64,000 nt of DNA from Trueperaceae bacterium (GTDB taxonomy: Bacteria; Deinococcota; Deinococci; Deinococcales; Trueperaceae). Where the stretch lies: positions 96,001 to 160,000 of the forward strand of contig OZ243956.1 in NCBI GenBank assembly GCA_965214405.1. The letters are read 5' to 3'. A program made the translations under genes and the position numbers. Positions 30,968 through 40,672 of the stretch are shown here, in pieces; positions within the stretch are counted from its first letter, which is position 1, and the number at the start of each line of letters is the position of its first letter. Below the pieces are notes generated by a model that saw only the letters and a program-made list of their open reading frames with translations, did no database searches and had not been told where the DNA came from.

Positions 30968-31912
30968 CTAGTAGTAGTTGAGCCCGCCGTTGCGGTTGAA
31001 AATAAACACGCCCACCGAGGCCACCAGCACCACCGCCCCGAGGACGATGCCGACCGCCGCCGCGTAACCGAACTCGAACTGTCCGAAGCCCGTTTTGTAA
31101 AGGTACGCGTTGGCGACCATCGTCGAGTCGATGGGGCCGCCCCGCGTCATCACCCAGACCTCGTCAAAGACTCTCAAGGCGGCGATGGTCGACAGGAGGC
31201 TGCACAGCAGCACGTAGGGCTTAAGGAGCGGGATGGTGACAAACCAGAGGTTCTGAAACGCGTTGGCCCCGTCGATGCGCGCCGCCTCGCCGAGTTCGCG
31301 CGGCACGCCCTGCAAGCCTGCCAAGTAGATCACCATGTAGTAGCCCAAGCCCTTCCACATCGTCACGGCCATGACCGAATAGAGCGCGATGCTGGGATCC
31401 GTAAGAAAACCGACGGGGTCCAAGGGGTGAATCACGCCCAGCGAGACCAAAAAGCCGTTGAGTAGGCCCCGGCTCTGGTAGAGCCACTTCCAGGTAATCG
31501 CCACCGCCACCATCGAGGTGACCACGGGAATGTAGTACATGGTGCGGAAAATGCCGCGACCGGGAATCTTCTGGTTGAGCAAGACCGCCAAAATAATCGA
31601 CAAGATTTGCAGGGGCGGCACCACCGCAAGGTAGATAAGCGAGTTTTTCATCGCATTCCAGAAGTTGCCGTCATTCATAAGCCGCCGGAAGTGACTTAGG
31701 CCGACAAAGGTGGGCTCGAGCGTTAACGAAATATCAAAAAACGCCAGCGGGAGGCTCAAAAGAATCGGAAAAATAGTGAACACCAGGAAAATAATGAGCG
31801 TAGGCAGCACGAACAGCCAGCCAAAAACTGCCCGCTTACGCGCCATCTGGTTGCGCCGCGGACGAGATTTGCCCCGCCCACCCTGCTCCGCCTTGCTGGG
31901 TAAAGCTTCCAT
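30968..31912 (-). CDS. Carbohydrate ABC transporter permease (MalF-like)
   Basis: YLAGLQGVPRELGEAARIDGA, GGPIDST. Confidence 0.93.
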   Translation of the reverse strand: MEALPSKAEQGGRGKSRPRRNQMARKRAVFGWLFVLPTLIIFLVFTIFPILLSLPLAFFDISLTLEPTFVGLSHFRRLMNDGNFWNAMKNSLIYLAVVPPLQILSIILAVLLNQKIPGRGIFRTMYYIPVVTSMVAVAITWKWLYQSRGLLNGFLVSLGVIHPLDPVGFLTDPSIALYSVMAVTMWKGLGYYMVIYLAGLQGVPRELGEAARIDGANAFQNLWFVTIPLLKPYVLLCSLLSTIAALRVFDEVWVMTRGGPIDSTMVANAYLYKTGFGQFEFGYAAAVGIVLGAVVLVASVGVFIFNRNGGLNYY

Positions 31913-32019
31913 ACCCACCTCCTACACCTTCCAAGCAACATGCAACCGGGTCACGCTTAACCGGACAATCCTCGACCAGACATTCAGCCAGCCTAAAAAA
32001 GCGTTAACAAAACAGCTTG

Positions 32020-32062
32020 GTGAGCGTGGGGAGCCCCCACCGTTGCAGAACTCCCCATTCAC
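32020..32062 (-). terminator. Hairpin after the solute-binding gene (mRNA stabiliser or partial terminator)
   Basis: Inverted repeat gtga..tggggag / ctccccattcac. Confidence 0.4.
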
Positions 32063-32070
32063 CACTAGCC

Positions 32071-33300
32071 TTATTGGTTAAGCAGCGCGTTTACCGTCGT
32101 TTCGGCGTCGGCAAGCGCTTCTTCGGCGCTTTTTTGGCCCAGCATCGCCTCGCCAAAGGCGCGGCGGATTTCGTCTTTGATGTCCTGGCGCACCTGGTTG
32201 TCAAAGGAGCGGTCAATTGAGTTGGCCTGGATGCAGCGCGCGCGACCCTCTAAGCTTTCCTCATCGGAGCAGAAGAAAGGGTCCTGGGCGGCCTCAATGG
32301 TCGAGGGGAAAATCGACACAAGCTTGGCGAACTCGAGCTGATTAGCGTCGTTCGTGACCCAGTTGGCGAGTTCGATGGCTAAATCAATATTGTCGCTCGC
32401 CTTGGGCACGACCATGTTCTGAATCGCGTTGGGGATGATGCCCGTCGCGGTCTGCGGGTAGGGGGCCAGCCCTAAGTTGGCGTAAACCTCGGGGCCGTCC
32501 GACTCGACGGTGCGCAGGAACTGCGGCCCCGTGACGAGCATGGCCGACTGGCCGCCCGCAAAGTCGCCGATGGCTTTCTGGTAGTCGAAGTTAATCGCGT
32601 CCTGGCTCACCGCGCGGCTCTCGACCGCGTCCACATAGGTCTGGAGCGCGGCGACGCCCGCTTCGGTAGCGAAAGCCGCCTCGGTGCCCGCCTCGGTGAG
32701 AATCGGCACGCCGTTCTGGACGAGCCAGTCTTCGGGGAAGGGCAGGGGCGCGACGCCCTCTAAAAGCGTCGCCTCGCGGATGGTCTGGGCCATGCTGATG
32801 GCATCTTCATAATTCTCGGGGGGCGCTTCGGGGTCTAGGCCCGCCTGTTCCAAAATCGCTTTGTTGTACATCAGCACCGTGGGCGCCTGATACCAGGGAA
32901 ACGCGTACACGTCGCCGTCCACCGAGCTCGACTCGAGCAGCGAGGGAAAGTAGATCGACAACTGCTCTTCCGTGGCCCTTTCGCTCAGATTCACGAGCGC
33001 GTCCTCTCTGGCGGCCAGGAGCATCCTCGAGGTGTTCAAATTGACCACGTCGGGCGCTTGGCCCGCCGCGACGGAAGCGAAGAACCTGTCCGGGAAGCCG
33101 CCGTCGGGCAGGTCTATCCAGTTGACGGTGACGCCCGGATGCTCGGCCTCGAAGCCCTGAATCACGCCGTTTATGTAGTCGTCAAAGGTCGGGGAGAGGG
33201 CCAGGGTCCACATCTCCAACTCGGTATTCTCCTGCGCGAGGGCGGGCGTCACCCCCAGCGCCACGAAAAAGATTAGGCTTAACAAAACTTTCTTGAGCAT
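32071..33300 (-). CDS. Carbohydrate ABC transporter solute-binding protein
   Basis: Signal peptide, WTLALSPTFDDYI, PDVVNLN, YAFPWY...YNK; GGAGG RBS. Confidence 0.92.
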   Translation of the reverse strand: MLKKVLLSLIFFVALGVTPALAQENTELEMWTLALSPTFDDYINGVIQGFEAEHPGVTVNWIDLPDGGFPDRFFASVAAGQAPDVVNLNTSRMLLAAREDALVNLSERATEEQLSIYFPSLLESSSVDGDVYAFPWYQAPTVLMYNKAILEQAGLDPEAPPENYEDAISMAQTIREATLLEGVAPLPFPEDWLVQNGVPILTEAGTEAAFATEAGVAALQTYVDAVESRAVSQDAINFDYQKAIGDFAGGQSAMLVTGPQFLRTVESDGPEVYANLGLAPYPQTATGIIPNAIQNMVVPKASDNIDLAIELANWVTNDANQLEFAKLVSIFPSTIEAAQDPFFCSDEESLEGRARCIQANSIDRSFDNQVRQDIKDEIRRAFGEAMLGQKSAEEALADAETTVNALLNQ

Positions 33301-33386
33301 TAAAACCTCCTCTACAGCCTCAGAGCGTTGGGTAGACGCGCCCGCCGCAAAACAGAAGAGACCGACCGGCGCGCTAGGTAACAGGG

Positions 33387-33402
33387 CTGTATGTACATAC
33401 AG
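33387..33402. promoter_or_regulatory. Perfect 16-bp palindrome CTGTATGTACATACAG, candidate operator
   Basis: Self-complementary; about 90 bp upstream of the sugar operon start. Confidence 0.6.
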
Positions 33403-33443
33403 TATGACGTTTGGAGGAAGTTTTTGTCAACACACCCCTTTTG

Positions 33444-33458
33444 TGGAGTAGAACTCCA
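33444..33458. promoter_or_regulatory. Inverted repeat TGGAGT-AGA-ACTCCA, second candidate operator
   Basis: 6-bp arms flanked by T/A runs upstream of the operon. Confidence 0.4.
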
Positions 33459-33528
33459 AAAGTTGGTAACCTGGTGGTGAGGCTTTGAGGTCTCGGCGCA
33501 ACGTTCAGAAAACCGTTATCGAAATGCG

Positions 33529-34584
33529 TTAACGCCCGTCGTCTAAGGGTAGGTCCTCGAGGGCGTTAAAAAGCGCCCGACGCGCGCCTAAGGGAGCTTT
33601 AGCGACGATTACGTTGTCGTCGCCAAAGGTGCGTAGCGCCAGCGCCTCGCGCTCTAAAGCCACATAAAGCGCGCTGACCCTGCCGGGAAAGCGTTGCGCG
33701 AAAAGCTCCTTCGCGGTGCCGAAAAGCCCCTCCGCCTCGCCGCAGGTCGCGCCGGGACCCGCCGAAAGTAGATAGCCCACCGCCACCGCCGTGACTGCGG
33801 GGCACGCCTCTTTGATGCCTTTGATAAACTCCTCGTGCCGCCGCCGCTCGTCGGTTAAACGCGCCGCCTCGGTGAGCGCGTTGCTTACGGGCAGGTTGAT
33901 GGCGGGGCGCGCGGGCGGGCGGTAAGGCAGCACCCGAAAGTCGCTCTCGGCGAGCAGCAGGATGTGCGCGAGCGCCCCGAGTCCCTTGACGCCGCTCCCG
34001 CCGTAGCCGCCCATAGATACCTCAGCAGGAATCTCGGCGTGAAGGATTTTACCGCCCTCCAAATAGAGAAGCCCCTCGCGCCCCGCCGGGCCGAATTCCA
34101 ACATCCCGTTTTGACCCGCCAGCCCCATCATCTCCAAAAGACCGTCGAGGGGAACGAGCGAGGTGTTGCCCGAGAGCGGCGTCTCTTTCGCGCCCGCGCT
34201 CGGCTTAGCCACCACAGAGGGCAGCTCGAGCGTCTCGTGTTCGGTCGGGTTTGTGGGCCGTGGCAGCGAACCCGGCGGCGGCGGAAACGGCAGCGTGTCG
34301 GTTGGGTCGGCGTGGCGGTGCCCCCTATCGGTCTGGGTGTTGCCAATCACATAAAAAGGCAAGTCGGGCGAAAGCCGCCGCGTCCAGGCCAAAAAGCCGC
34401 CCACGCTCGCGCCGCGCACGAGTTCGTCACAAAAAACCGCGCTGTAGTGAACCTCGCGCAGGCTCTCCAACGCCTCCCGCGGATTCTGAAACGAATTCAC
34501 CTGCCACCCCACCTCGGCCAGCGACTTTTCCAGGGTCTTGAGCCGATTATAGATCGTGGCAATCACCAAAGCTTTAGTCCCCAA
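33529..34584 (-). CDS. Receiver-like + DUF4388 (PatA-N-like) domain protein
   Basis: N-terminal REC-like fold (AVFCDEL), Pro linker, LSGNTSLVPLDGLLEMM...GLLYLEGGKILHAE. Confidence 0.7.
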   Translation of the reverse strand: MGTKALVIATIYNRLKTLEKSLAEVGWQVNSFQNPREALESLREVHYSAVFCDELVRGASVGGFLAWTRRLSPDLPFYVIGNTQTDRGHRHADPTDTLPFPPPPGSLPRPTNPTEHETLELPSVVAKPSAGAKETPLSGNTSLVPLDGLLEMMGLAGQNGMLEFGPAGREGLLYLEGGKILHAEIPAEVSMGGYGGSGVKGLGALAHILLLAESDFRVLPYRPPARPAINLPVSNALTEAARLTDERRRHEEFIKGIKEACPAVTAVAVGYLLSAGPGATCGEAEGLFGTAKELFAQRFPGRVSALYVALEREALALRTFGDDNVIVAKAPLGARRALFNALEDLPLDDGR

Positions 34585-34895
34585 GACGCACCGGCTCCTC
34601 TCCCCAACTTGGTTCTACAGCGGCTTTCGAAAATATTGAGCTCGTTCAACATAGCTTATTCGATATAAGTACCATTACTGTAACTGCGGTCTAGACGGTT
34701 ACAAATTGATGGCTCAAACCAGGGTGTTGTCTACTACCAAATTTTACGTCTCAGGCTCACCTTTTATCCTCCCCGAGTGCTTCCAGCATCTATTGTTAAG
34801 TAGCGGGGGTCAAAGGGATGTACGAAACCCCGCAGCGTCCCCCGAGAGTTAGAAACACCTCCAAAGCGCGTCTCGAGGGGTTACAATGAGCCACT

Positions 34896-35759
34896 TTGAA
34901 GCTGGCTATCATCGCGGACATCCACGGCAATTTGCAGGCGCTCGAGGCCGTACTCACCGATATTAGAGAACAGAAAATAGACACCGTCATCGTCAACGGG
35001 GACATGGTCAACCGCGGTCCCAGCAACGTCGAGGTGATGGAACGCGTGACCGGCGAGGGGCTGCCGATGACGCTCGGCAACCACGACGACCTCATGCGCA
35101 AGTGGGTGGACCGCGACGCGGACATCCCGCCCCTGTGGTTTGAAGACCCCTTTTGGGACGGCACCGCCTGGTGGGCGGCGCGGGGGCTTCAAAGGGCGGG
35201 CTGGATTGACACCTTTAGAACCTTGCCTATGACGCACGCCGTCACGCCCAAGGGAGCACCGAGTTTGCTTCTCTCGCACGGCTCGCCCCGGCACTACCGC
35301 GAGGGCTACGGCAAGTTTTTGACCGACGCGGACATTGAGGGCATCCTCGAGCTCACCCCCGCGGACGTCCTCATCGGCTCGCACACGCATAGCCCCATAG
35401 AGCGCCGCTGGAGCCGTTATCTGGTCCTCAACACAGGCGCCGTCGGCACGCCCTTTAACGGCGACCCGCGCGCGCAGTATCTTGTCATGCACCTTCAGGA
35501 CGGCGAATGGGCACACGAGTTCCGGGCCGTGCCCTATGACCGGGCGGGGGCGCTGAAAGCGTTTGAGACGAAGGGGCTGCTCGAGGAGGGCGGCCTAAGC
35601 GCCCGCATCTTTTACGAGGAACTCCTCTGCGCCCGCTCCTTTCTGACGCCCTTTCTCATGTGGACCGAAAAACAGGGCATACCGCAGGATGAAGAGACCT
35701 GGGCGCGCTTTAAGAAAGCCTTTGCGGACCGTTTTTGCGAGGAGGCCGGGGCGCTCTAG
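34896..35759 (+). CDS. Metallophosphoesterase family protein
   Basis: DIHGN, GDMVNRGP, GNHD, HGSP, GSHTH, NTGAVG. Confidence 0.92.
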   Translation: MKLAIIADIHGNLQALEAVLTDIREQKIDTVIVNGDMVNRGPSNVEVMERVTGEGLPMTLGNHDDLMRKWVDRDADIPPLWFEDPFWDGTAWWAARGLQRAGWIDTFRTLPMTHAVTPKGAPSLLLSHGSPRHYREGYGKFLTDADIEGILELTPADVLIGSHTHSPIERRWSRYLVLNTGAVGTPFNGDPRAQYLVMHLQDGEWAHEFRAVPYDRAGALKAFETKGLLEEGGLSARIFYEELLCARSFLTPFLMWTEKQGIPQDEETWARFKKAFADRFCEEAGAL

Positions 35760-35818
35760 CCCAAGAGACAGTGAAACCCGTCTAAAGCGCCCTCGGCAAA
35801 CTTCACACCCTCGCCTGA

Positions 35819-36055
35819 CTACAAGCCCGAAAGCTCGTAATTTTTGGCGATGAACGACTCCCACTCGCTCGGCACGTCCTCCTCGGTGTAAATTGCCGAG
35901 ACCGGGCAGACGGGCACGCACGCGCCGCAGTCGATGCACTCCTCCGGGTGGATGTAAAACTGGTCGTCGGTTTCGTAGATGCACTCGACCGGGCACACGT
36001 CCACACAAGACGAATCTTTGGTGCCGATGCAGGGTTCGCAAATGATATGAGGCAT
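35819..36055 (-). CDS. fdx: Ferredoxin (7Fe/dicluster type)
   Basis: CEPCIGTKDSSCVDVCPVECI and CIDCGACVPVCPVSAI. Confidence 0.95.
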   Translation of the reverse strand: MPHIICEPCIGTKDSSCVDVCPVECIYETDDQFYIHPEECIDCGACVPVCPVSAIYTEEDVPSEWESFIAKNYELSGL

Positions 36056-36229
36056 GTACAGCTCCTTTCTCTCGTAGGCTTCACAACATGTTCCGCACGC
36101 CCCCGAAAGACGGGACGCCCCTCATTATTACCACGCCGGGCGCGCCTCGAGCGGGCGCTTTTCTCACCATTACGGACGGCGGGAGGTTGTCAGAAACTTC
36201 TGTGGTGAGGTTAGGCTCGAGAAAGGGAG

Positions 36230-36297
36230 GAGTACCGAGTGCCGAGTATCGGGTCGAAAGTAGATGTCTCGGTACTCACTACTCTGGACTCGGTACT
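36230..36297. repeat. Palindromic heptamer-repeat element (GAGTACC/GAGTGCC...ACTCGGTACT)
   Basis: agtaccgagt and actcggtact are exact inverted complements, with internal ccgagt reiterations. Confidence 0.6.
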
Positions 36298-36371
36298 GTC
36301 TTCACCTCGAGCGCCCCAAGTAACGCATTTCATTGACAAACCATTCGGAGCAAAAATGGTAGCTTTGCTTT

Positions 36372-37847
36372 GTGCCACGCTCGAGCAAACTGACCTTTGA
36401 ACGGGGCACCCTAGTCGTCCACCCGCCGCCCAAGGGCAAAGCCTGGATCGACTTTGTCACCTGGGACGACCGGATCGAGAAGTTCCGTTTGCCCGCAAAC
36501 CGCTACCGGGGCTTCTTAGAGGCGATGGGGGCGGAGGGCGTCGCGGTCACGGACAAGGCCAAGGGCTTTGGTGAGGTCAACTTAAGTCCGGCGACGGCCA
36601 AAAAGCCCTACCCCCATCAAAAAGAGGCGCTTAATGCCTGGACCCAAGCCGGGCGGCAAGGCGTGGTGGTGCTGCCCACGGGCGCGGGCAAAACGTATCT
36701 GGCGCAGCTCGCCATGCAGGCCACGCCCCGGCACACGCTCATCCTGGTCCCGACGCTTGACCTCATGCACCAGTGGTATGCGGGGCTGTTAGCAGCCTTT
36801 CCCGACGCGGACATCGGCCTTTTGGGGGGCGGGTCCAAGGACAGAACGCCCATCCTGGTCTCGACTTATGACAGCGCCGCCATCCACGCCGAGACGCTGG
36901 GCAACCGCTACGGGCTGCTCATCTTCGACGAGTGCCACCACCTGCCGGGCGAGTTCTACCGGGTCATCGCGGAGTATTCCATCGCCCCCTACCGCTTAGG
37001 GCTCACCGCGACGGTCGAGCGGAGCGACGGCAGGGAGAGCGATTTGGACGCGCTCGTCGGCCCCGTCGTGTACTACAAAACCGCCGCCGACCTTTCCGGC
37101 GACGCGCTCGCGGAGCACCGCATCGTCCAAATTAAAGTGAAGCTCTCCGAAGCCGAGCGGGCGCGCTACGATGAACTCATCCGTACGAGAAACAACTTTT
37201 TGGCCGAGCAAAATATCCACTTGGGTAACCTCGTGGGCTGGGGGATGTTCGTCCGCGCGAGCGCCCGCTCGAGCGCAGGCCGCGCGGCCATGCTCGCGCA
37301 CCGCGAGGCTCGAGCCATCGCTTTTGGCACCGAGGGCAAGCTGCGGGTCTTGTCCGACTTGCTCGCGCAGCACTACCCGGCGCGCACGCTCGTCTTTACC
37401 GACGACAACGCGACGGTCTACCGCATCTCGCAGTCCTTTCTGATTCCGGCCATCACGCACCAGACCAAGGTCAAGGAGCGGCACGAGACGCTTGATAAAT
37501 TTCGCAGCGGCGACTACCCGACGCTGGTGACCTCCAAAGTTTTGAACGAGGGCGTGGACGTGCCCGAGGCGAGCGTGGCGGTGGTGCTGTCGGGGACGGG
37601 CTCGAGCCGCGAATACGTCCAGCGCTTAGGGAGAATTCTACGCAAGGGCGAGGGCAAGCTGGCGCTCCTTTATGAAGTCGTCGCCGAAGACACCAGTGAA
37701 GAGGGCGTGTCGAAAAGGCGACGCGCCGAACGGAAGCCGCCCCCAGGGCTTCAGAAAAAGCTTCACGCGAATGAGAAGAACGCGCAGAGGCCGCTCGAGT
37801 TCGAGCCCATTTCCGAGGACGACACCCTGTCCATCGAGGATTTGTAG
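36372..37847 (+). CDS. XPB/Rad25-like SF2 DEAD/DEAH helicase
   Basis: LPTGAGKT, DECHHL, GLTAT, LNEGVDVP, QRLGRILR. Confidence 0.9.
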   Translation: MPRSSKLTFERGTLVVHPPPKGKAWIDFVTWDDRIEKFRLPANRYRGFLEAMGAEGVAVTDKAKGFGEVNLSPATAKKPYPHQKEALNAWTQAGRQGVVVLPTGAGKTYLAQLAMQATPRHTLILVPTLDLMHQWYAGLLAAFPDADIGLLGGGSKDRTPILVSTYDSAAIHAETLGNRYGLLIFDECHHLPGEFYRVIAEYSIAPYRLGLTATVERSDGRESDLDALVGPVVYYKTAADLSGDALAEHRIVQIKVKLSEAERARYDELIRTRNNFLAEQNIHLGNLVGWGMFVRASARSSAGRAAMLAHREARAIAFGTEGKLRVLSDLLAQHYPARTLVFTDDNATVYRISQSFLIPAITHQTKVKERHETLDKFRSGDYPTLVTSKVLNEGVDVPEASVAVVLSGTGSSREYVQRLGRILRKGEGKLALLYEVVAEDTSEEGVSKRRRAERKPPPGLQKKLHANEKNAQRPLEFEPISEDDTLSIEDL

Positions 37848-39061
37848 TGCTGCCCTCGCCCCTGCTGATGTACCGCTACAACGGTGAAGAGTTAGCGCCT
37901 AAAAGGCTCGAGCTGGACCGGGCCAACCTGGCCGTGGCGAACGAGACTATCGCGCTCTTCCGCGAGCGTCAGGGGTCGCGGCGAGGGGAGCTTGACGAGC
38001 AGTTGCAAGTGCTCGAGGGTGAAGGCACCGACTACCGCATTAAACGCGGGCTGGCGCACATCCTTACTAATTCCTTTAGCACTTTTGAGACGGTGAGCCC
38101 CTTAGAGCCCCCCATCTTACGCGAACGCGTCTTCGCGCACGCCGCCGCCGCGCTGCCCGCGCCGCACAACGCGCGCGCGACCTTTGAATATGTCGCCTAC
38201 GCGCTTTCTCAGGACTTGGGCCGCGAGGTGCAGCCCCAGGAGGTTGAACGGGGCCTCTACGCCGACCTGGCCGAGAACCAAATTATGACCGACTTTGACG
38301 CGCCCGCGCCCGAGGCGCTGCTGCACCGCTACAACCTCGCGCAGGCGCAAGGTGTCCTTTACCGCGCCAAGCAGGTCGTCTTGACCGCGCACCGCAACGA
38401 CCCCGGCGAATACAAGCTCCTCTTTCGCTACCTCAAACTCTTCGGCCTGATGAGCTACATCGAGGGCGACCCCGACCACGGCTTTACCATCACGATTGAC
38501 GGCCCCGCGAGTCTTTTCGGCTCGAGCACCCGCTACGGCCTCTCCCTAGCCAAGATGCTCCCCGCGCTCCTCCACGTGACGCGCTGGAGCATGGTGGCCG
38601 AACTCAAACCAAAAACCCGCTACGACGGCACCACGACGCCCGCACGCTTTACGCTTCAATCGGGCTGTGGCCTCGTCTCGCACTACCCGCCCGGCAAGAC
38701 GTACGACAGCATGGTCGAAAAGTCTTTCGCCGAGAGGTGGCAAAAAACGGACACGGAGTGGAAGCTCGAGCGCGAGGTGGATTTAGTCTCCATCCCCGGC
38801 AGCGTCATGGTCCCCGACTTCCGGCTCGTCCACCCCGACGGTCGGTCGTTTTTGTTGGAAATCGTCGGCTACTGGCGTCCAGAGTATTTGAAAAAGAAGT
38901 TCGCGCAAATCCGCAAGTCGTTTCGTGACGACATCATCCTGGCCGTGTCCGAAAAGCTCAACTTGGAAAACGCGGGCATCAAGATTGAGGACGTGCCCGC
39001 AAAAATTGTGTGGTTTAAGGAGCGGGTGATTCCTAACGGGGTGCTGTCGCTGCTCGAGTAA
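37847..39061 (+). CDS. DUF790 family (Bax1-like) endonuclease
   Basis: YADL.E, RYNLAQAQGVLYRA, DGPASLF..STRYG, YDSMVE, PDF...LEIVGYWRPEYL PD-(D/E)xK-like motifs; coupled to the helicase. Confidence 0.9.
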   Translation: MLPSPLLMYRYNGEELAPKRLELDRANLAVANETIALFRERQGSRRGELDEQLQVLEGEGTDYRIKRGLAHILTNSFSTFETVSPLEPPILRERVFAHAAAALPAPHNARATFEYVAYALSQDLGREVQPQEVERGLYADLAENQIMTDFDAPAPEALLHRYNLAQAQGVLYRAKQVVLTAHRNDPGEYKLLFRYLKLFGLMSYIEGDPDHGFTITIDGPASLFGSSTRYGLSLAKMLPALLHVTRWSMVAELKPKTRYDGTTTPARFTLQSGCGLVSHYPPGKTYDSMVEKSFAERWQKTDTEWKLEREVDLVSIPGSVMVPDFRLVHPDGRSFLLEIVGYWRPEYLKKKFAQIRKSFRDDIILAVSEKLNLENAGIKIEDVPAKIVWFKERVIPNGVLSLLE

Positions 39062-39075
39062 GGTAACTTGGACTA

Positions 39076-39417
39076 TCACGACAAATCACGAATCTCCACA
39101 AGTGCTTCACCCGCCTCAAACAAGGACAGCGCCTTTTTGAAAGTTTCGGTCAGCACCTTTTTCATCCGCGCGTTCGTCGTGTTACCTAATGTCACTAAAA
39201 GAATTTGAGGAGGCGGCCCGTACTGCTCGAGCAAGCTCACAAAGTCACTGTCTTTAGTCATGACCACCCCTGATGCGGTTCGCGCAGCCTCAAATATCTC
39301 CTTGTCAGCGGCGTCTCGGTAGCCTAGATATTTGACCGAATACGCTTCAACTTCAAACGTTTCGCTAAGCCAAGGAGCCAGCACAGGTGACAGTTGTGCG
39401 TCTATCCAAAAGGTCAC
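39076..39417 (-). CDS. DUF5615 PIN-like toxin (VapC45-like)
   Basis: FWIDAQLSP, D.EIF..A, MTKDSDF, GN. Confidence 0.88.
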   Translation of the reverse strand: MTFWIDAQLSPVLAPWLSETFEVEAYSVKYLGYRDAADKEIFEAARTASGVVMTKDSDFVSLLEQYGPPPQILLVTLGNTTNARMKKVLTETFKKALSLFEAGEALVEIRDLS

Positions 39418-39650
39418 GCGGCAAGAACAGGGTGGTTTAACCGACGCGACGCAAACGCGAGAGAGGCGGTAATGTCTTCAGGTTCTAAGTCAGGCAGCTC
39501 TTCAATCACTTTTTCAGGAGAGAGACCCGCGGCCAGTAAATCGAGAACGTCAATCACGCGGATACGCATCCCCCTGATGCAAGCGCGCCCCCCGCACTGT
39601 TCGGGGTTGATGGTGATTCGTTCTAGGAGGTTGCTCGAGCTTTTGCTCAT
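39414..39650 (-). CDS. DUF433 antitoxin (VapB45-like)
   Basis: RITINPEQCGGRACIRGMRIRV.DVLDLLA.G. Confidence 0.92.
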   Translation of the reverse strand: MSKSSSNLLERITINPEQCGGRACIRGMRIRVIDVLDLLAAGLSPEKVIEELPDLEPEDITASLAFASRRLNHPVLAA

Positions 39651-39785
39651 GAGATTATTATACCTGCGCCAGACTTAAAAGTTTATTTTCGCATTTTCAT
39701 AACGGGTACATCCTTCGCTACGCATAATTAGCCACTGAACTCCTGTACACTGAGATAAGCTGCACCAGTTTGAGAAGCATGAACC

Positions 39786-40672
39786 AGTCTAAGAACTCCC
39801 ATTAGGTGCATAAGCTACCAATGCAGTAGTACCCGCAAGCAGATGAGGATAGCCGAGACGGTGGCGTAAGCAAGGTAATGTTCCGCTTTCCGTTCGTAGC
39901 GGACTACTAGCCCTCGGAAGTTGTCCTGCCAAGCATTGACCCGTTCCACTTGCCAACGCCTTTTGCTGGCCGGGTACAGCTTCGGCTTCGGCCCCTTCTG
40001 ACGACGCTTGCCTCTTCTCTTTCTTTCGGGTACGGAAGCGCGGATGCCCCGAGCCCGCAGAGACTGCCGGAGGTCACGACTGTCGTAGGCTCTGTCCATA
40101 GCAACTTCTAAAAGTCGGGTTTTGGGACGCCCTCGCCCCGCTTTAGGAACACGTACCTTCGCAAGAACATCAAGAGCCACACTTGATTCGGCGGTGCTGG
40201 CGCTTGCCAGAGACAAAGCGACCGGAATGCCGTGGGCTTCGTTGGCGACCATTAAAGTAGAGCCTTTCCCTTTGTAGCCGTAGTCGATGCGGTTGCCCCC
40301 CTTTTTGCAGGGACAAAGCTCCCATCTAGCGCGCCTTCTCCGAGGTTGAGCTTTCCTTCTTTATCAAGCAGCCCCAGAAGCTCCTGGAAAAGCTCATCCC
40401 ACACCCCTTCTTCCGTCCAGCGCCTCAGCCAGTAGTAGACGGTACTACGTGCAGCATACGCCTCTGTTCTCGGGAGGTCTTTGTACCTTACCCCCGTCTT
40501 GAGCCGGTAGATGACGCTGTTCAGCACCTCTCTATCGTGTTCCCGGCGGCGTCCGGTAGAGGGTTGTGGAGGAAGCAGCGGTTCGAGAATCTCCCACTGC
40601 TCATTGGTGAGCTTAGCATCGTTCATGGCTCTACACTATTCACCTACTCAAACTTTTATGCGTTCTTGGACT
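39786..40672 (-). mobile_element. IS5-family insertion sequence (two-ORF, IS427-like); ends approximate
   Basis: Imperfect inverted ends AGTCTAAGAAC / GTTCTTGGACT; lower GC; transposase ORFs inside; no clear target duplication. Confidence 0.8.
39815..40626 (-). CDS. IS5 transposase expressed via frameshift (OrfA 40252-40626, OrfB ending 39815)
   Basis: LTNEQWEILEPLLP (DUF4096-like), LDGSFVPAK, DRAYDS, RWQVER, RYER; slippery AAAAAGGGGGG at 40296-40306. Confidence 0.88.
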
